A program made the position numbers and the translations under genes. The notes under the pieces were generated by a model that had not been told where the DNA came from, made no database searches, and saw nothing but the letters and a program-made list of their open reading frames with translations. From contig NC_043011.1 in assembly GCF_006345805.1 (NCBI RefSeq), positions 47,504,464 through 47,568,463 of the forward strand: a stretch of DNA of 64,000 nucleotides. Reading direction: 5' to 3'. Origin of the DNA: Octopus sinensis (Eukaryota). Below, piece by piece: positions 12,657-25,482 of this stretch (position 1 is its first letter; every line of letters starts with the position of its first letter).

Positions 12657-13102
12657 TATATGTATATAATTTAGAGAAAAAGCTCTGTTAAACAATTCAA
12701 TAAAGGAAGACGTTATTCACACCACATAGAAAATATATACTATGAAAAATCTTATTTTAAATCAATAAAGTACAATAAATAGTAAATAGTAATAAAAAGA
12801 CTACGCACGTTTCATGGCTATATTTTCAAATAGATAATAATAGTATAATCAGTGACTATATTTTTAAATAGAATTGATTTTAGTTCCACTTAATTTTGAA
12901 TCAAATTGAATTTATTATCATTATTTATTTAAAAATATAGCCATGAAATGGGCGTAGTCTTTTTACTACTATTTACTATTTATTGTACATTATTGATATA
13001 AAATAAGTTTTTTTTAATACTATATGTTTTCTATGTGGTGTGAATAATGTCTTTCTTTATTGAATTGTTTAATAGAGGTTTTTCACTAAATTATATACAT
13101 AT
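12657..13102. repeat. Imperfect inverted repeat (~190-bp arms) flanked by (TA)n, probable Penelope-like remnant
   Basis: 12657-12845 is the reverse complement of 12914-13102 with scattered mismatches. Confidence 0.8.
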
Positions 13103-13372
13103 ATTATATATTGTGAAATTTGATTTAAAATTGTTAAATTGAATTTTTCCCTGTAAGTTTTGGAATTATATTCCCTGCTTTTATTTTATATATATATATA
13201 TATATATATGACTAGGGTGTTAGAACACCTACATTGCTAGAAATAAGAGCTAAAAATGCTCTAATGCTGTTGTGAAAGCACATAATTGTATACATATATA
13301 TTGACAGTACATGTTTAGTGACAATTATAGTTTTCCTTTTTTGTAACACATTGCACATGACTGTCTGTATTA

Positions 13373-13442
<70 letters not shown>

Positions 13443-14595
13443 CTAATTAGAACATGGAGATTTGTTTATTCTCGTAATTTGTTTTCTTTTACTTTACAAT
13501 TTCATATAGCATATAATCTTTATTTTAAGGATGAACAAATTTCCATGTTCTATATTGTTATAATTTTTATGCTCATGACTATATCACAGTCCAGCAAAGT
13601 GATCATGGAATCCCTCATTGGAGGAATTTACAGAGTGACTGACAACTAATAGTAGTCATAGGCATGAAATACTGATCAATGCAGTTAGCTGTAACCTGGA
13701 ACATAACTGAGAGCCACCACAATATCTCTCTGGATGATATATCCAAACTCACATTTATACATATGCATTCATGTGTTTGTTTGTGTGTGTGTATGCAATG
13801 CACAGAGCTAGTGCAAAAGAGCGAGAGAGAGAGAGAAAGAGAAAGTGAGAGGTGCTGTGATATGGCTATAATTAATAAGGAATATATTTGAACTATACTT
13901 GTTTCACAATATTCCAATACATTGATCTCCAAATTGAAAGGTAACATCTTATGTCATCAAAAGAGAAACTAATATGATATATAACTAGAAGAATGAGGAA
14001 ATTCTTGGACTTACCAAAATTCTGTGATTCTGAATACTACTTACCTGAAATTAGAAAAGAAAAAAATACAAGTTTACAAATATGAAATAAATATATATTG
14101 TTTTAAGTATAAGAGGGCTTATGTTTTGATATTTCAATGAACGATTTAGAAATGAAATATATAAACAAATATGGTTTCAGATCCTTTGATAAACATTTCT
14201 TCAATTTCAGCTCAGTGATATTTCAAACATGTAATTTGAACTGCAATAAAATTTATGTGTTTGGTAGATCATCAAGTTTGAACTAACAGTTCAGTTTATG
14301 TATTCATTTAAAAGAAAATTTTTCTGAACAATAGCACGGTTGGTTACAGATTTTAAAAAGCCAATATCTGCTTCATTGATTTAACAATGGCGAAAGTAAC
14401 CAGGGATTATCTATACAACTCTGGTGGAACAAATATCAGAAGTGACTTTGTTTAGAAAGTGCTTTGATTTTACATCTTTTGCCAATATACATTGCTAAAA
14501 ATTACATATACACAAATGGTATACATCTTTTAGTTATGTACACTGGTGAAAGATGTTAAGCTAGTGTTTAAGTGTGTGTGTAAATATATTATATA

Positions 14596-14627
<32 letters not shown>

Positions 14628-14640
14628 GTATGTATGTATG

Positions 14641-14707
<67 letters not shown>

Positions 14708-14708
14708 A

Positions 14709-14911
14709 CAAGGGAGTGCTGAAAAATTCCTGGCTTTGAATAAAAGAAAATACAGAAGGATCGGTTAATTATGATTTTATTTAACATATTCCCCTCAAAG
14801 ATTCACACCTGTATTGCAGCAGTCCTTTAGTTTTTCTAAGCCCTTTAAAAGAACTCAGAAGATTTGGCCTCCAACCAGGATTTTTGCCAGGAACTTTTCA
14901 GCACACCCTCA
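14709..14911. mobile_element. Mariner-type MITE (family G)
   Basis: TIR caagggagtgctgaaaaattcctggc ... gccaggaacttttcagcacaccctc; homologous to 25245-25465 and 34470-34687. Confidence 0.8.
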
Positions 14912-15601
14912 TGTGCATACATGATGTTTATCCACTATATTTCTATTATCCAGATTTCACACAAAAGGCATTAATCAACCTGAGAACAATAATACAAAAA
15001 AAAAATAAATAAAAAATCAAAACATACCTACATGCCCTAAGTGCCATGTAGTAAAATCGAACCCGAAATCACTTGGATGTGAAGCAAACATCATTTCACA
15101 GTCATGCACCTGCAAGTTATAACATCAGAACACGAAATAATCTGATTTAAATTTTCATTTGTCATCTCCAATTACTGCTATTGCCTCACCAGCATCCCTC
15201 GACTTAAGAATTTTATATAAACTAGAGAGAACACATTACCCATTAACACAGCAATATCTTTTACTCTAACACCCTTCCTTCCTTCCTTTCTTTCTTTCTT
15301 TCTTTCTTTCAGATTCTCCCAGTTTTTACTCCCTCACATTTTTCTTTGATCCTGTTTCTGGCTTTCTCTTAGCTGTTTCTTCATTCAACATAGTTTTAAG
15401 TAACTATGATAGATACACCGGGTGATGGCCATATACGTGAATGTTTTTACGTACGCATGTATGTTTGAATTTCTGTCTTTTTTTTTTCCTTCAGGATTTA
15501 TCTAAGTTTTTCGCTTTGCAGGATTCAAACTGGCTACTAACAAGTGTATGCGTATGTGTGTGCATGTAAGCATACATTTGTGTTTACACACACACACACA
15601 T

Positions 15602-15646
<45 letters not shown>

Positions 15647-16718
15647 TATACATATAATATATATATATATATATACCTAGTTGCAGAGCTACGTGATTTT
15701 GAAGAACATAGGTATGTTGCAGCATGTTCCTGGCAATGCCAGAGTTAACATCACTGTAGTTTTTCTTACTTCCACTTCTTTACTTTCATCTGACATCATT
15801 ACTTTATTTTACATAACAGTTATGAATTCAATTTGCTATCTGCAAATTGAATATAAATTTAATTCATGCTAACTTTGCTCTCTCATCAATTATTTATGAA
15901 TGCAATCAGGTAGTATTTACCTTGAGTTGTTGTTGTTGTAGTAGCTTTTACTGAGCTCTTCATTTTTATTTAAAAAAAAAAAGCAGTTTTTCCATTTTAT
16001 GTCAAACTAAATTGGCAAGAGATTTCTCTGGCATCTTTCTTGTAAGTCAAGAAACAACATTTAGATAAATAAAAACAATGCAAAAAAAAAAACTAAAAGT
16101 AAATATACGTTTATCTAGATGAAATGACTAAGTGGATAAAACATTGGATTACTGGATTTTTGCTTGTGAATTTAAATCTACTGCAGATAAAACAGCAATT
16201 ATACATACATAATGGCTATTGACTGCATATTATGCTTTTGTAACTGAAATGAGCATGTGTGTGTGTGTGTGTGTGTGTGCATGTGTGTTTGTAGATGTGA
16301 TCCTTCATATGATTGTTCTTCCATGCTAGCATGGGTTAGATGAGTAAATATTGGAGGGTTTTTTTTTTAAATTTGTTTTCACAGTCCAATACCCTTTCTG
16401 CTGCAAGCCCTTACTTGTTTTCAAATAAAGCAAGTTTTTCAATCCACCCATCTTCAAAAGTGGGGAGATGATGAACAGTTTGTTACTGGTGATGGTGTGG
16501 TAAGAAGCTTGCTTTTCAACCACATTTCTAGTTTCAGTTCCACTGTGTGGCACCTTGACCAAGTGTCTTCTACTATTGCCTCGGGCTGACCAAAGGAAGA
16601 CCCAAATAACCAATGTAAACATTGAGAAAAGCACAGATGACGATGATGATGATGGTGGTGGTGGTGGTGGTGGTAGTGGTGTCCATGATGATGATGATTG
16701 TGATTATGGTAATGATAT

Positions 16719-16953
16719 TACTCTTTACTCTTTTACTCTTTTACTTGTTTCAGTCATGTGACTGCGGTCATGCTGGAGCACCACCTTTAGTCGAGCAAAT
16801 CGACCCCGGGACTTATTCTTTGTAAGCCCAGTACTTATTCTATCGGTCTCTTTTTGCCAAACCGCTACGTGACGGGGACGTAAACACGCCAGCATTGGTT
16901 GTCAAGCGATGGTGGGGGGACAAACACAGACACACAAACATATACACACATAT

Positions 16954-17004
<51 letters not shown>

Positions 17005-17170
17005 TACGACAGGCTTCTTTCAGTTTCCGTCTACCAAATTCACTCACAAGGCATTGGTCGGCCCGAGGCTATAGCAGAAGAAACTTGCCCAAGATGCCAC
17101 GCAATGGGACTGAACCCGGAACCATGTGGTTGGTAAGCAAGCTACTTACCACACAGCCACTCCTGCACCT
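16719..17170 (-). mobile_element. SINE family A, young subfamily
   Basis: Full length; (ctctttta)n tail; CpGs retained. Confidence 0.92.
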
Positions 17171-18114
17171 ATACAGAAAGTGACACAAAAAAAATTGACT
17201 AAAACAAGGCTCACCGAATGAAGGTGACTTGACATAGCTCAGATGTAAAACATGGGATTCATATAGTACTTCTGTTAATGATAGCTATAATAATAACACT
17301 ACTACTACCACCACCACCACCACCACCACTACTACTACAACTACTATTACTACTTATGATGATGATGATGATGATGATGATAACGACAACAAAATAATGA
17401 TACAATTATTTTGATTTGTTGATCTATTTTCCTTTATTCACATGCTTTGTGTGTGTTTATAGAGGGCGGAGCAAAAGTTTTGTTTTTTTTTCTTTTGTCA
17501 GCGAAGAACACAATATTAGACGGTGATATTTCATGAATATGTAATATTTTTGCTCTATTATTACCAAGCGGAGTAGCAAACATAGTTCATTATCAATTTA
17601 TACAGTTATACAAACAGATACATTTATCCCACCCAATAATTAATTCTTCCTCAGCCCCTCCGTCTCTCTCACACTTTCTCTCTCACACTTTCTCTCTCCT
17701 CCCCCACTCTCTCTCTCTCTCTCTCTCTCTCTTTCGGTTCTGTCTTCTGTGTAATATATTTTATAACACATTACAAAGAAAGATAGCATAAGAGATAATT
17801 AAGATTGTGGCTGGTTGTGTTTTTTTTTGTTGTTCCCATATTATCTAGCTTTCAACACTGCTTGAAAAATGTAAGTACTTTACACAATCTACTGCTTCTC
17901 AAGCACTATAGTGGTCTAGCAGAACCATCAGACAAAATGCCACATGTACTTGTTCTGGATCTTCACATTTTGAGTTGAAATCCAGCCATGGTCGACTTTT
18001 CTTTTCATTCTTTTTAAGTCAATAAAATAAGGTACCAGTCAATTTTGGGGGTCACTGTAATTGATTAACCCCTCTTTTTTTCAAAACTAATGGTCATGTG
18101 ACTAATTCAGAAGC

Positions 18115-18122
18115 ATTTATTA

Positions 18123-18196
<74 letters not shown>

Positions 18197-18218
18197 GTTG
18201 TTGTTATTATTATTATCA

Positions 18219-18251
<33 letters not shown>
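18115..18251. repeat. (TAT/CAT)n microsatellite
   Basis: Direct reading. Confidence 0.95.
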
Positions 18252-18252
<1 letters not shown>

Positions 18253-18428
18253 GGTGGCGGTCTGGCAGTCGTTAGCATGCCAGGCAAAAGGCTTAGTGTC
18301 ATTTTGTCCATCTTTACAATCTGAGTTCAAATTCTGCTGAGGGAGACTTTGCTTTTCATTCTTTCAGGGTCGATGAAATGAGTATCAGTTAAACATTGGG
18401 ATCAATGTAATCAACTATCACCCTCCTC
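18253..18428 (+). mobile_element. SINE family B
   Basis: ggcggtctggcagtcgttagcatgcc...gagttcaaattctgc...tttcattctttcagggtcgat. Confidence 0.8.
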
Positions 18429-18880
18429 CAAACAGATGAGGTGCTAGAGCATAACAGACTGGACATAGTGATGGTGGACAAGATGCACCACATACGCTAT
18501 ATAGTTGATATTCCATGTCTCTTTGACTCATGAACGGTCAAGAAGGAAAGCAAAAAGATAGATAAATACAACCCTCTTAAGTATGAAATAGCCCAGCTAT
18601 GGAAAATAAAGAAGGTGAAGATAGTGTCAATTATTGTTGGGTATTTGGGAACAATATCAAAAGGCATCAAGAGGAATATAAAGGAAATTGGAATAGAGTA
18701 CCCAGTAAAGCTGTTACAAAAGGTTTGCCTCCTTGGTACGGCCAGGATAATCAGGAAAAGATTAGATAGCCGAAAAGAACAAATAGCATGGTACCGTGGG
18801 CTGCAAGTAGCAAGCCCACGATGCATGCAAGACTCCAGTAGCTCCAACAAAACCTGTGATAAAGAGAAATAATAACAATT
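18429..18880 (+). mobile_element. 5'-truncated R4/Dong-clade non-LTR retrotransposon: restriction-like endonuclease (RLE) domain pseudogene and 3' end
   Basis: One frame from 18435: DEVLEHNRLDIVMVDK...IVDIPCLFDS*TVKKESKKIDKYNPLKYEIAQLWKIKKVKIVSIIVGYLGTISK...LLQKVCLLGTARIIRKRL. This fits the RLE pattern RPDIV...D...KE..K..KY..L..E...LW...V..G.LG and the R4-type C-terminal LQK..LLGTARI.RK.L; one in-frame stop at 18531. Confidence 0.85.
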
Positions 18881-18884
18881 CTGA

Positions 18885-19035
18885 CACAAAACTAGCAATT
18901 TTAAGGGGAGGGTTAGGTTAATACCATCCACCCCAGTATTTAAATAGTGCTTTATTTTACTGACCCTGAAAGGATGAAAGCATAGATGACTCCAGCAGGA
19001 TTTGAACTCACAAGGTAAAAAGTCAAGAGAAATTA
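18885..19035 (-). mobile_element. SINE family B (degenerate)
   Basis: ctgaccctgaaaggatgaaag...ggatttgaactc core on the minus strand. Confidence 0.65.
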
Positions 19036-19039
19036 TACT

Positions 19040-19196
19040 AGGTGCAAGAGTGGCTGTGTGGTAAGTAGCTTGCTTACCAACCACATGGTTCTGGGTTCAT
19101 TCCCACTGTGTGGCACCTTGGGCAAGTGTCTTCTACTAGAGCCTTGGGCCAACCAAAGTGGATTTGGTAGATGGAAACTGAAAGAAGCCTGTCGTA

Positions 19197-19251
<55 letters not shown>

Positions 19252-19409
19252 ATATGTTTGTGTGTCTTTGTTTGTTCCCCAACATCGCTTGACAACCGAT
19301 GGTGGTGTGCTCATGTCCCTGTAACTTAGCGGTTTGGCGAAAGAAACTGATAAAATAAGTACTAGGTGCTGCAGCATGGCTGCAGTCAAATTATTGAAAT
19401 AAGTTAAAA

Positions 19410-19410
<1 letters not shown>
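19040..19410 (+). mobile_element. SINE family A with a deletion in the 3' half
   Basis: Head aggtgcaagagtggctgtgtggtaagtagc; internal (TA)n(TG)n. Confidence 0.9.
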
Positions 19411-19411
<1 letters not shown>

Positions 19412-19460
<49 letters not shown>

Positions 19461-19497
19461 TATAATAATAATAATAATAATTATAATAATAATAATA
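19412..19497. repeat. (AAT)n microsatellite
   Basis: Direct reading. Confidence 0.95.
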
Positions 19498-19974
19498 AAT
19501 GGATTTAGAAAATTTCTTTCTTTTCTTATCTTTGAATAAAATGTAACTGGAAAGTTTTGAAAAGGCAACTAGGTACTAAAATGCAGGAAAATAATTATAA
19601 AGTTATAATTACTACTAATCGAGGTTAATACTGATTAATTAATGAAGAATTCCTTTTTTCCTTTTTTTTTTTTCTGGGTTTTGTTAGATGTTTGGTTTTT
19701 GGTTTGGAGTCTTGCTCTGATAAAGTTTTTAAAATAGGATTCTGGAAACATTTTTATTATATTCTATTTCAATTCTGTATTGGTTTTTCACTTAAATTTC
19801 ATTTATCAAATCTTCAAAGGAAAACAAAAATAGAACTTTCCACAATTAATACATTGTCACTTATCTCAATTTTTTAAATATAATTTATCTTTCTTGTTAC
19901 TTGAAAGCAAATGAACTGTCCACCGTAAAAGGTTAATCCCTCCCACCTAATACTTGTGTAATTTAAATAATAAT

Positions 19975-20335
19975 AATAATGGTTTCAAGTTTTGCCACAA
20001 GGACAGCAATTTTGGGGGAGAGGATGACTTGATTACATTGACTCCAAAGGCAAAATCGACCTTGGCGGAATTTGAACTCAGAACATAGCAGGAGGAAATA
20101 CCTATTTCTTTACTACCCACAAGGGGCTAAACACAGAGAGGACAAACAAGGAAAGACAAACGGATTAAGTCGATTATATCGACCCCAGTGCGTAACAGGT
20201 ACTTAATTTATCAACCCCGAAAGAATGAAAGGCGAAGTTGACCACGGCGGAATTTGATCTGAGAACATAGCGGCAGACGAAATACCGCTAAGCATTTTGT
20301 CCAGCGCACTAACAATCGAACCAGTTGACCACCTG
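19975..20335 (-). mobile_element. Dimeric SINE family B
   Basis: Same two-monomer layout and junction as 648-1015. Confidence 0.82.
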
Positions 20336-21620
20336 AATAATGATAACAATAATAATAATAATAATAATAATAATTATGATGATGATGATGATAATAATGT
20401 TTCTTACTCAAGAAAAAATATGTAAGGGCTTGTTGATTAAATCAATTCCAATGTTTGACTGGTTCTTTATTTTAATGACATCAGAAGGGTCAATGATAAA
20501 GAGTTTTATCTCAGAGGAATTAAAACCCAAAATGTAAAGGGCAATTGCTCAACTTGATAAAAATAAGTCATACAAAATAGCAAATTTGTCGCAAATGAAG
20601 TAGCCATAGCTGTTACACCTTGATCACTGGGGTTACTTGAGAGCTGACAAAGTACTAGAGAATAACAAGGCACAATAAGTAAGCCTCTATCTTGCTTGGC
20701 ATTTTAAAGTTAGTCATCATATTTCCTTCAAATTATGCCTTGCCATCTTAGAAAAAGGAAAGACAATAATTAATGCAATTCTAGATAAAAAAAAAAAGGG
20801 AGGATAGTAGAGGTTGGAATGCTTTTGGTCACAAGTCTGTTCCTAAAGGGCCAACTAACAACAGTTGCTGCTCTCTTTTATATTCTTTGTCATATTTTTT
20901 TTTACTTTCTTCAGGGATTCAATTTGTCCACAGAGCCAGACTTCACTCCCTCACTTTGACAAGTCCAATATGAATTGCCGTGTGTGTCTGCTTTGACATT
21001 ACAGAATCCCTAGTTTAATTGCCTTTTCTAGCAGAATGCGAAATCGAGAAATTTTTTGATGTCATGGCGAGTGGATAGCTGGAATTCACTTTATAAACAT
21101 TGAACCACAAAGTTGTCAGATGTTAAACCTCTCTCCTCTTCCTTTTCACTTTCTCTCACTTTCTCTCTCTCTTTCAATACAAATGCAATGGGGACATCAA
21201 ACTACTTCAAGTCAACCAATTATCTGTCACTGCTGGTGGTTTTTGGAAAGCATTTCTGACAAGCCCTCTCTCGATGGTGTCAACCTTAACATTTTATACA
21301 TTAAACTTGTCAAAACTGAAGTACAAAATTTTCTCTCCAAGGAGGACTTATTTGTTATCAGCTGGAAAATATTATTATAATTACCTCACAAAGTAAAGAA
21401 CAAAAAACAAAACAAAATAAACTATGCATATAAGTAACTATATATTATAAGCATTATCACGTTCAAGTTTCATCTCTTTTCTATTAAGGACTTTTCACGT
21501 TGCCTTGTTAATCCTATATAACATTCCTAAATCCATTTGTCTTACACTTTAAGACCTTCCAAACCAAACGAAGGACTACTAAGGAGATATGAAAAAATTT
21601 CCATAAGAAAAACATTCTAT

Positions 21621-21792
21621 AGGCACAGGAGTGGCTGTGTGGTAAGTAGCTTGCTAACCAACCACATGGTTCCGGGTTCAGTCCCACTGCGTGGCATCTT
21701 GGGCAAGTCTCTTCTGCTATAGCCCCGGGCCGACCAATGCCTTGTGAGTGGATTTGGTAGACAGAAACTGAAAGAAGCCTGTCGTATATATG

Positions 21793-21827
<35 letters not shown>

Positions 21828-22040
21828 GTTTGTGTGTCTGTGTTTGTCCCCCTTGCATTGCTTGACAACCGATGCTGGTGTGTTTACGTCCCCGTCACTT
21901 AGCGGTTCGGCAAAAAAGAGACCGAAAGAATAAGTACTGGGCTTACAAAGAATAAGTCCCGGGGTTGATTTGCTCGACTAAAGGTGGTGCTCCAGCATGG
22001 CCGCAGTCAAATGACTGAAACAAGTAAAAGAGTAAAAGAG
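21621..22040 (+). mobile_element. SINE family A, young subfamily
   Basis: Full length, CpG-rich, (gagtaaaa)n tail. Confidence 0.92.
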
Positions 22041-22248
22041 AGATTAAAAGAGAGAGAGTACTTGCACAAAGTGATGTTTTTTAATGTGACATGTTAGAAA
22101 GAAAACTGGTTACCTATTTACTCACGCATGCACGTATCCATACACATACACACATCTATGTATGCTTTTCTTACTTTGATGTTGTTTCAGTCATTGAAAT
22201 GTGGCCATGCTGGAGCACGACCATTGAGATTTCAATTATGCTGTCACA

Positions 22249-22483
22249 GGTGGCGAGCTGGCAGAAACGTTAGCACGCCGAGTGAAATGTTTAGTGGTAT
22301 TTCATCTGCTGTTACGTTCTGAGTTCAAATTCCGGCAAGGTCGACTTTGCCTTTCATCCTTTCGGGGTCAATTAAATAAGTACCAGTTATGCACTGGGGT
22401 CGATATAATCAGCTTAATCTCTTTGTCTGTCCTTGTTTGTCCCCTCTGTGTGTAGCCTCTTGTGGGTTGTAAAGAAATAAGAA
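22249..22483 (+). mobile_element. SINE family B
   Basis: Head ggtggcgagctggcagaaacgttagcacgccg, B-box gagttcaaattcc, tail ...aaagaaataag. Confidence 0.88.
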
Positions 22484-23208
22484 ATGTTAGAAATTGTAGC
22501 TAATACTCATTCACATCATGCTCTACCATCTTAAAAGAGAAAGGACATATTGAATAACCTAGTCCTACCTACATTGTCTGAAATAGGATGTAATGGTCAT
22601 GGTGGGAATCCCTGTTATAATACATTTGCTCAATCAGAACTCATGGGCAAGCAGATACTGATGTTCATATATTAGATACTTAAATACATACACTCAAAAA
22701 TTTACACACACACACAGAATATTCCTATATATACAACTATTAGCATTGAAGTATATTGTAACCAACCTATCATTTTGCATCTTATCAAATATTTATATAC
22801 TGTAAACTAAATAGTAATGTTTCTATTAAATAGATAATACCTGCAAACACATTACACATCTCTTTATAGAATTCCAACAAGAAGCAGAGAAAGAAATAGT
22901 AAAAAAAAAAATTAGTGCTTTAGGTTCAGGTATTGTTCTTTGTCAACAAAATTTTGTATTGTTATTCATTTTGTAGCCTATCCTCTTTCTTACAGATTAC
23001 AAGTCTTACAGTAATGTAAGTATAAATATAAATAATTAAGAATTAACTGAAAACATCTGTTCATAACATATGTCATTTTTGAAAAGTAAAGTCAGTATTT
23101 ATTAGCATTCTAACATAACAATATAACTGATGTTTCAATGATAAAATATGCAAATTAAATGAAGAATTAGGTTTTTTACTCAAGGAAATATTTAATTAGA
23201 AATGATAT

Positions 23209-23319
<111 letters not shown>

Positions 23320-23424
23320 TATATATATATATACATATACATATATATATATATATATATATACATGTGTGTGTGTGTAATCACATACATATATTTATAT
23401 ACATACATCATCATCATCGTCATC

Positions 23425-23640
23425 ATTATTATTATTAAATATTCATTTTCTATGCTGGCATGGATTGGATAATTTGATTGGAGCTGGCCAGGTTGGAAGC
23501 TGTACTAAGCTTCATTGTCTGTTTTTACATGGTTTCTACAGCTGGATGTCCTTCCAAATGCTACCCGCATTACAGAGAGTACTGGGTACTTTTTTGCATG
23601 CCACCAGTATGGGGGAAATTTTATGTGACTCCATCACCAA
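23425..23640 (-). mobile_element. Family E fragment
   Basis: catcatt...ttctatgctggcatggattgga...ggatgtccttccaaatgc is the reverse complement of the family E end. Confidence 0.6.
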
Positions 23641-23759
23641 CAGGGTCACCAACTATTTTGCAGGACAAGAAAGACAAAAAGGGCAAAAAAACCATCAACT
23701 CATATGGTTTTCAATTCTGTTCCACTGCACAGCACATTGGCAAAGTGCCTTCTATTATT

Positions 23760-23982
23760 GCTGGCAGAAACGTTAGCACGCCGGGCGAAATGCGTAGCCG
23801 TTTTTCGTCTGTCGTTACGTTCTGAGTTCAAATTCCGCCGAGGTCGACTTTGCCTTTCATCCTTTCGGGGTCGATAAATTAAGTACCAGTTTCGCACTGG
23901 GGTCGATGTAATCGACTTAATCCATTTGTCTGTCCTTGTTTGTCCCTTCTATGTTTAGCCCCTTGTAGGCAATAAAGAAATA
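23760..23982 (+). mobile_element. SINE family B, young copy
   Basis: Near-consensus, CpG-rich. Confidence 0.9.
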
Positions 23983-24289
23983 TATTATTGCCCTAGGGTA
24001 GCCAATACCTTTCATTACAAGCATCCGCGAAAATGTGAGCCTCACAAAGCGAGTTCTCTATCTACTTGGTGTTTGTAAGAATGGAGAGATTAACATTAAA
24101 CTCAAGTCATCCATAGCTTCAAGCAAATTATGTAAACAGTTACTCTAAATTCATTCGTGCTGCATTGTTCAAAAGTACATTTATGTGTGTAGGCATCTCA
24201 AGAGTCTTTCAGAAATTCTATTAATGATCTCATTAGTTCATGGAACAGACAAGGATTCCTTGGAACAGAGATGGCATCTCTTGGAAATT

Positions 24290-24965
24290 ATATATATATA
24301 TATGTATATATGAATTATATATATATATGAATTATTGATAAAAATGATAAGACAGCAAAAGAATGAAAGAGACCTCGATATTATGTAAATAGAGGAATTT
24401 ATCTGTAAATGTAATATGTGACAATTATTCGGTAGCCATGATAAAACTCCGAGCTTCGGATGCCGGGGTGGAAATCCATGCCGCCATCTCTTCAGCTATC
24501 GGCCGGATAACTGAAGAGATGGTGGCATGGATTTCCACCCCGGCATCCGAAGCTCGGAGTTTTATCATGGCTACCGAATAATTGTCACATATTACATTTA
24601 CAGATATATATATGAATTAAATATATATACATATATATATATATATATGTATATATGAATTATATATATATATGAATTATTGATAAAAATGATAAGACAG
24701 CAAAAGAATGAAAGAGACCTCGATATTATGTAAATAGAGGAATTTATCTGTAAATGTAATATGTGACAATTATTCGGTAGCCATGATAAAACTCCGAGCT
24801 TCGGATGCCGGGGTGGAAATCCATGCCGCCATCTCTTCAGCTATCGGCCGGATAACTGAAGAGATGGTGGCATGGATTTCCACCCCGGCATCCGAAGCTC
24901 GGAGTTTTATCATGGCTACCGAATAATTGTCACATATTACATTTACAGATATATATATGAATTAA

Positions 24966-24997
<32 letters not shown>

Positions 24998-25000
24998 GAA
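24290..25000. repeat. Tandem duplication (period 345 bp) of a unit containing a 101-bp-arm hairpin
   Basis: Hairpins at 24400-24606 and 24745-24951; arms differ at 2 positions with a 5-nt loop; the two units look identical. Confidence 0.95.
24506..24566 (+). ncRNA. Degenerate hammerhead-ribozyme-like motif (mirrored at 24440-24500 minus; repeated at 24851-24911 plus and 24785-24845 minus)
   Basis: Stem I gataa/ttatc, core ctgaaga, stem II gat..ggtgg/ccacc..atc, GAA followed by G instead of the conserved A, ctcggag near-palindrome, then UU. Confidence 0.5.
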
Positions 25001-25212
25001 TATGCTTGTGGGTCTTCGAAGTTGTTTGTATAATACTGCTTGGCACCCAGTGCTGCTTTGTTTATGTCCTTGCAACTTAGCAGTTCAGCAAATAGAATAA
25101 TTACCAGATTTAAAATAGGTACTGAGGCAAAAATTTCAAAGTGATACCAAAGACTGCCCTGTATTAAAAGCAAATATTTTCCGTTGAATTGTAAATAAGA
25201 GAAATATGTGTG

Positions 25213-25244
<32 letters not shown>

Positions 25245-25245
<1 letters not shown>

Positions 25246-25465
25246 TAGGTTGGTGTTGAAAAGTTCCTGGTTTTTGGTAAAAGAATTTACAGGAGGATGA
25301 ATAACCTATGATTTTGTTCAACGTGTTCCACTCTCAGATTCACACACTTCCTTGCAGCAGTCCTTTCGTTTTTCTAAACCCTGTAAAAGAACTCAGAAGA
25401 TTGGGCCTCCAGCCTGTAGGCCTTTCACAATACCCTTAAACTGAGGAACTTCTCCGTACTCGTGT
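25245..25465. mobile_element. Mariner-type MITE (family G), diverged
   Basis: ggtgttgaaaagttcctgg ... aggaacttctccgtac TIRs; interior homologous to 14709-14911. Confidence 0.7.
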
Positions 25466-25482
25466 ATGTATGTATATATAGG

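Noticed and set aside
16899-17183. Recurring peptides such as ...YDRLLSVSVYQIHSQGIGRPEAIAEDTCPRCHAVGLNPEPCGW in more than 15 ORFs
   Set aside because: They are antisense translations of SINE family A, not a gene family
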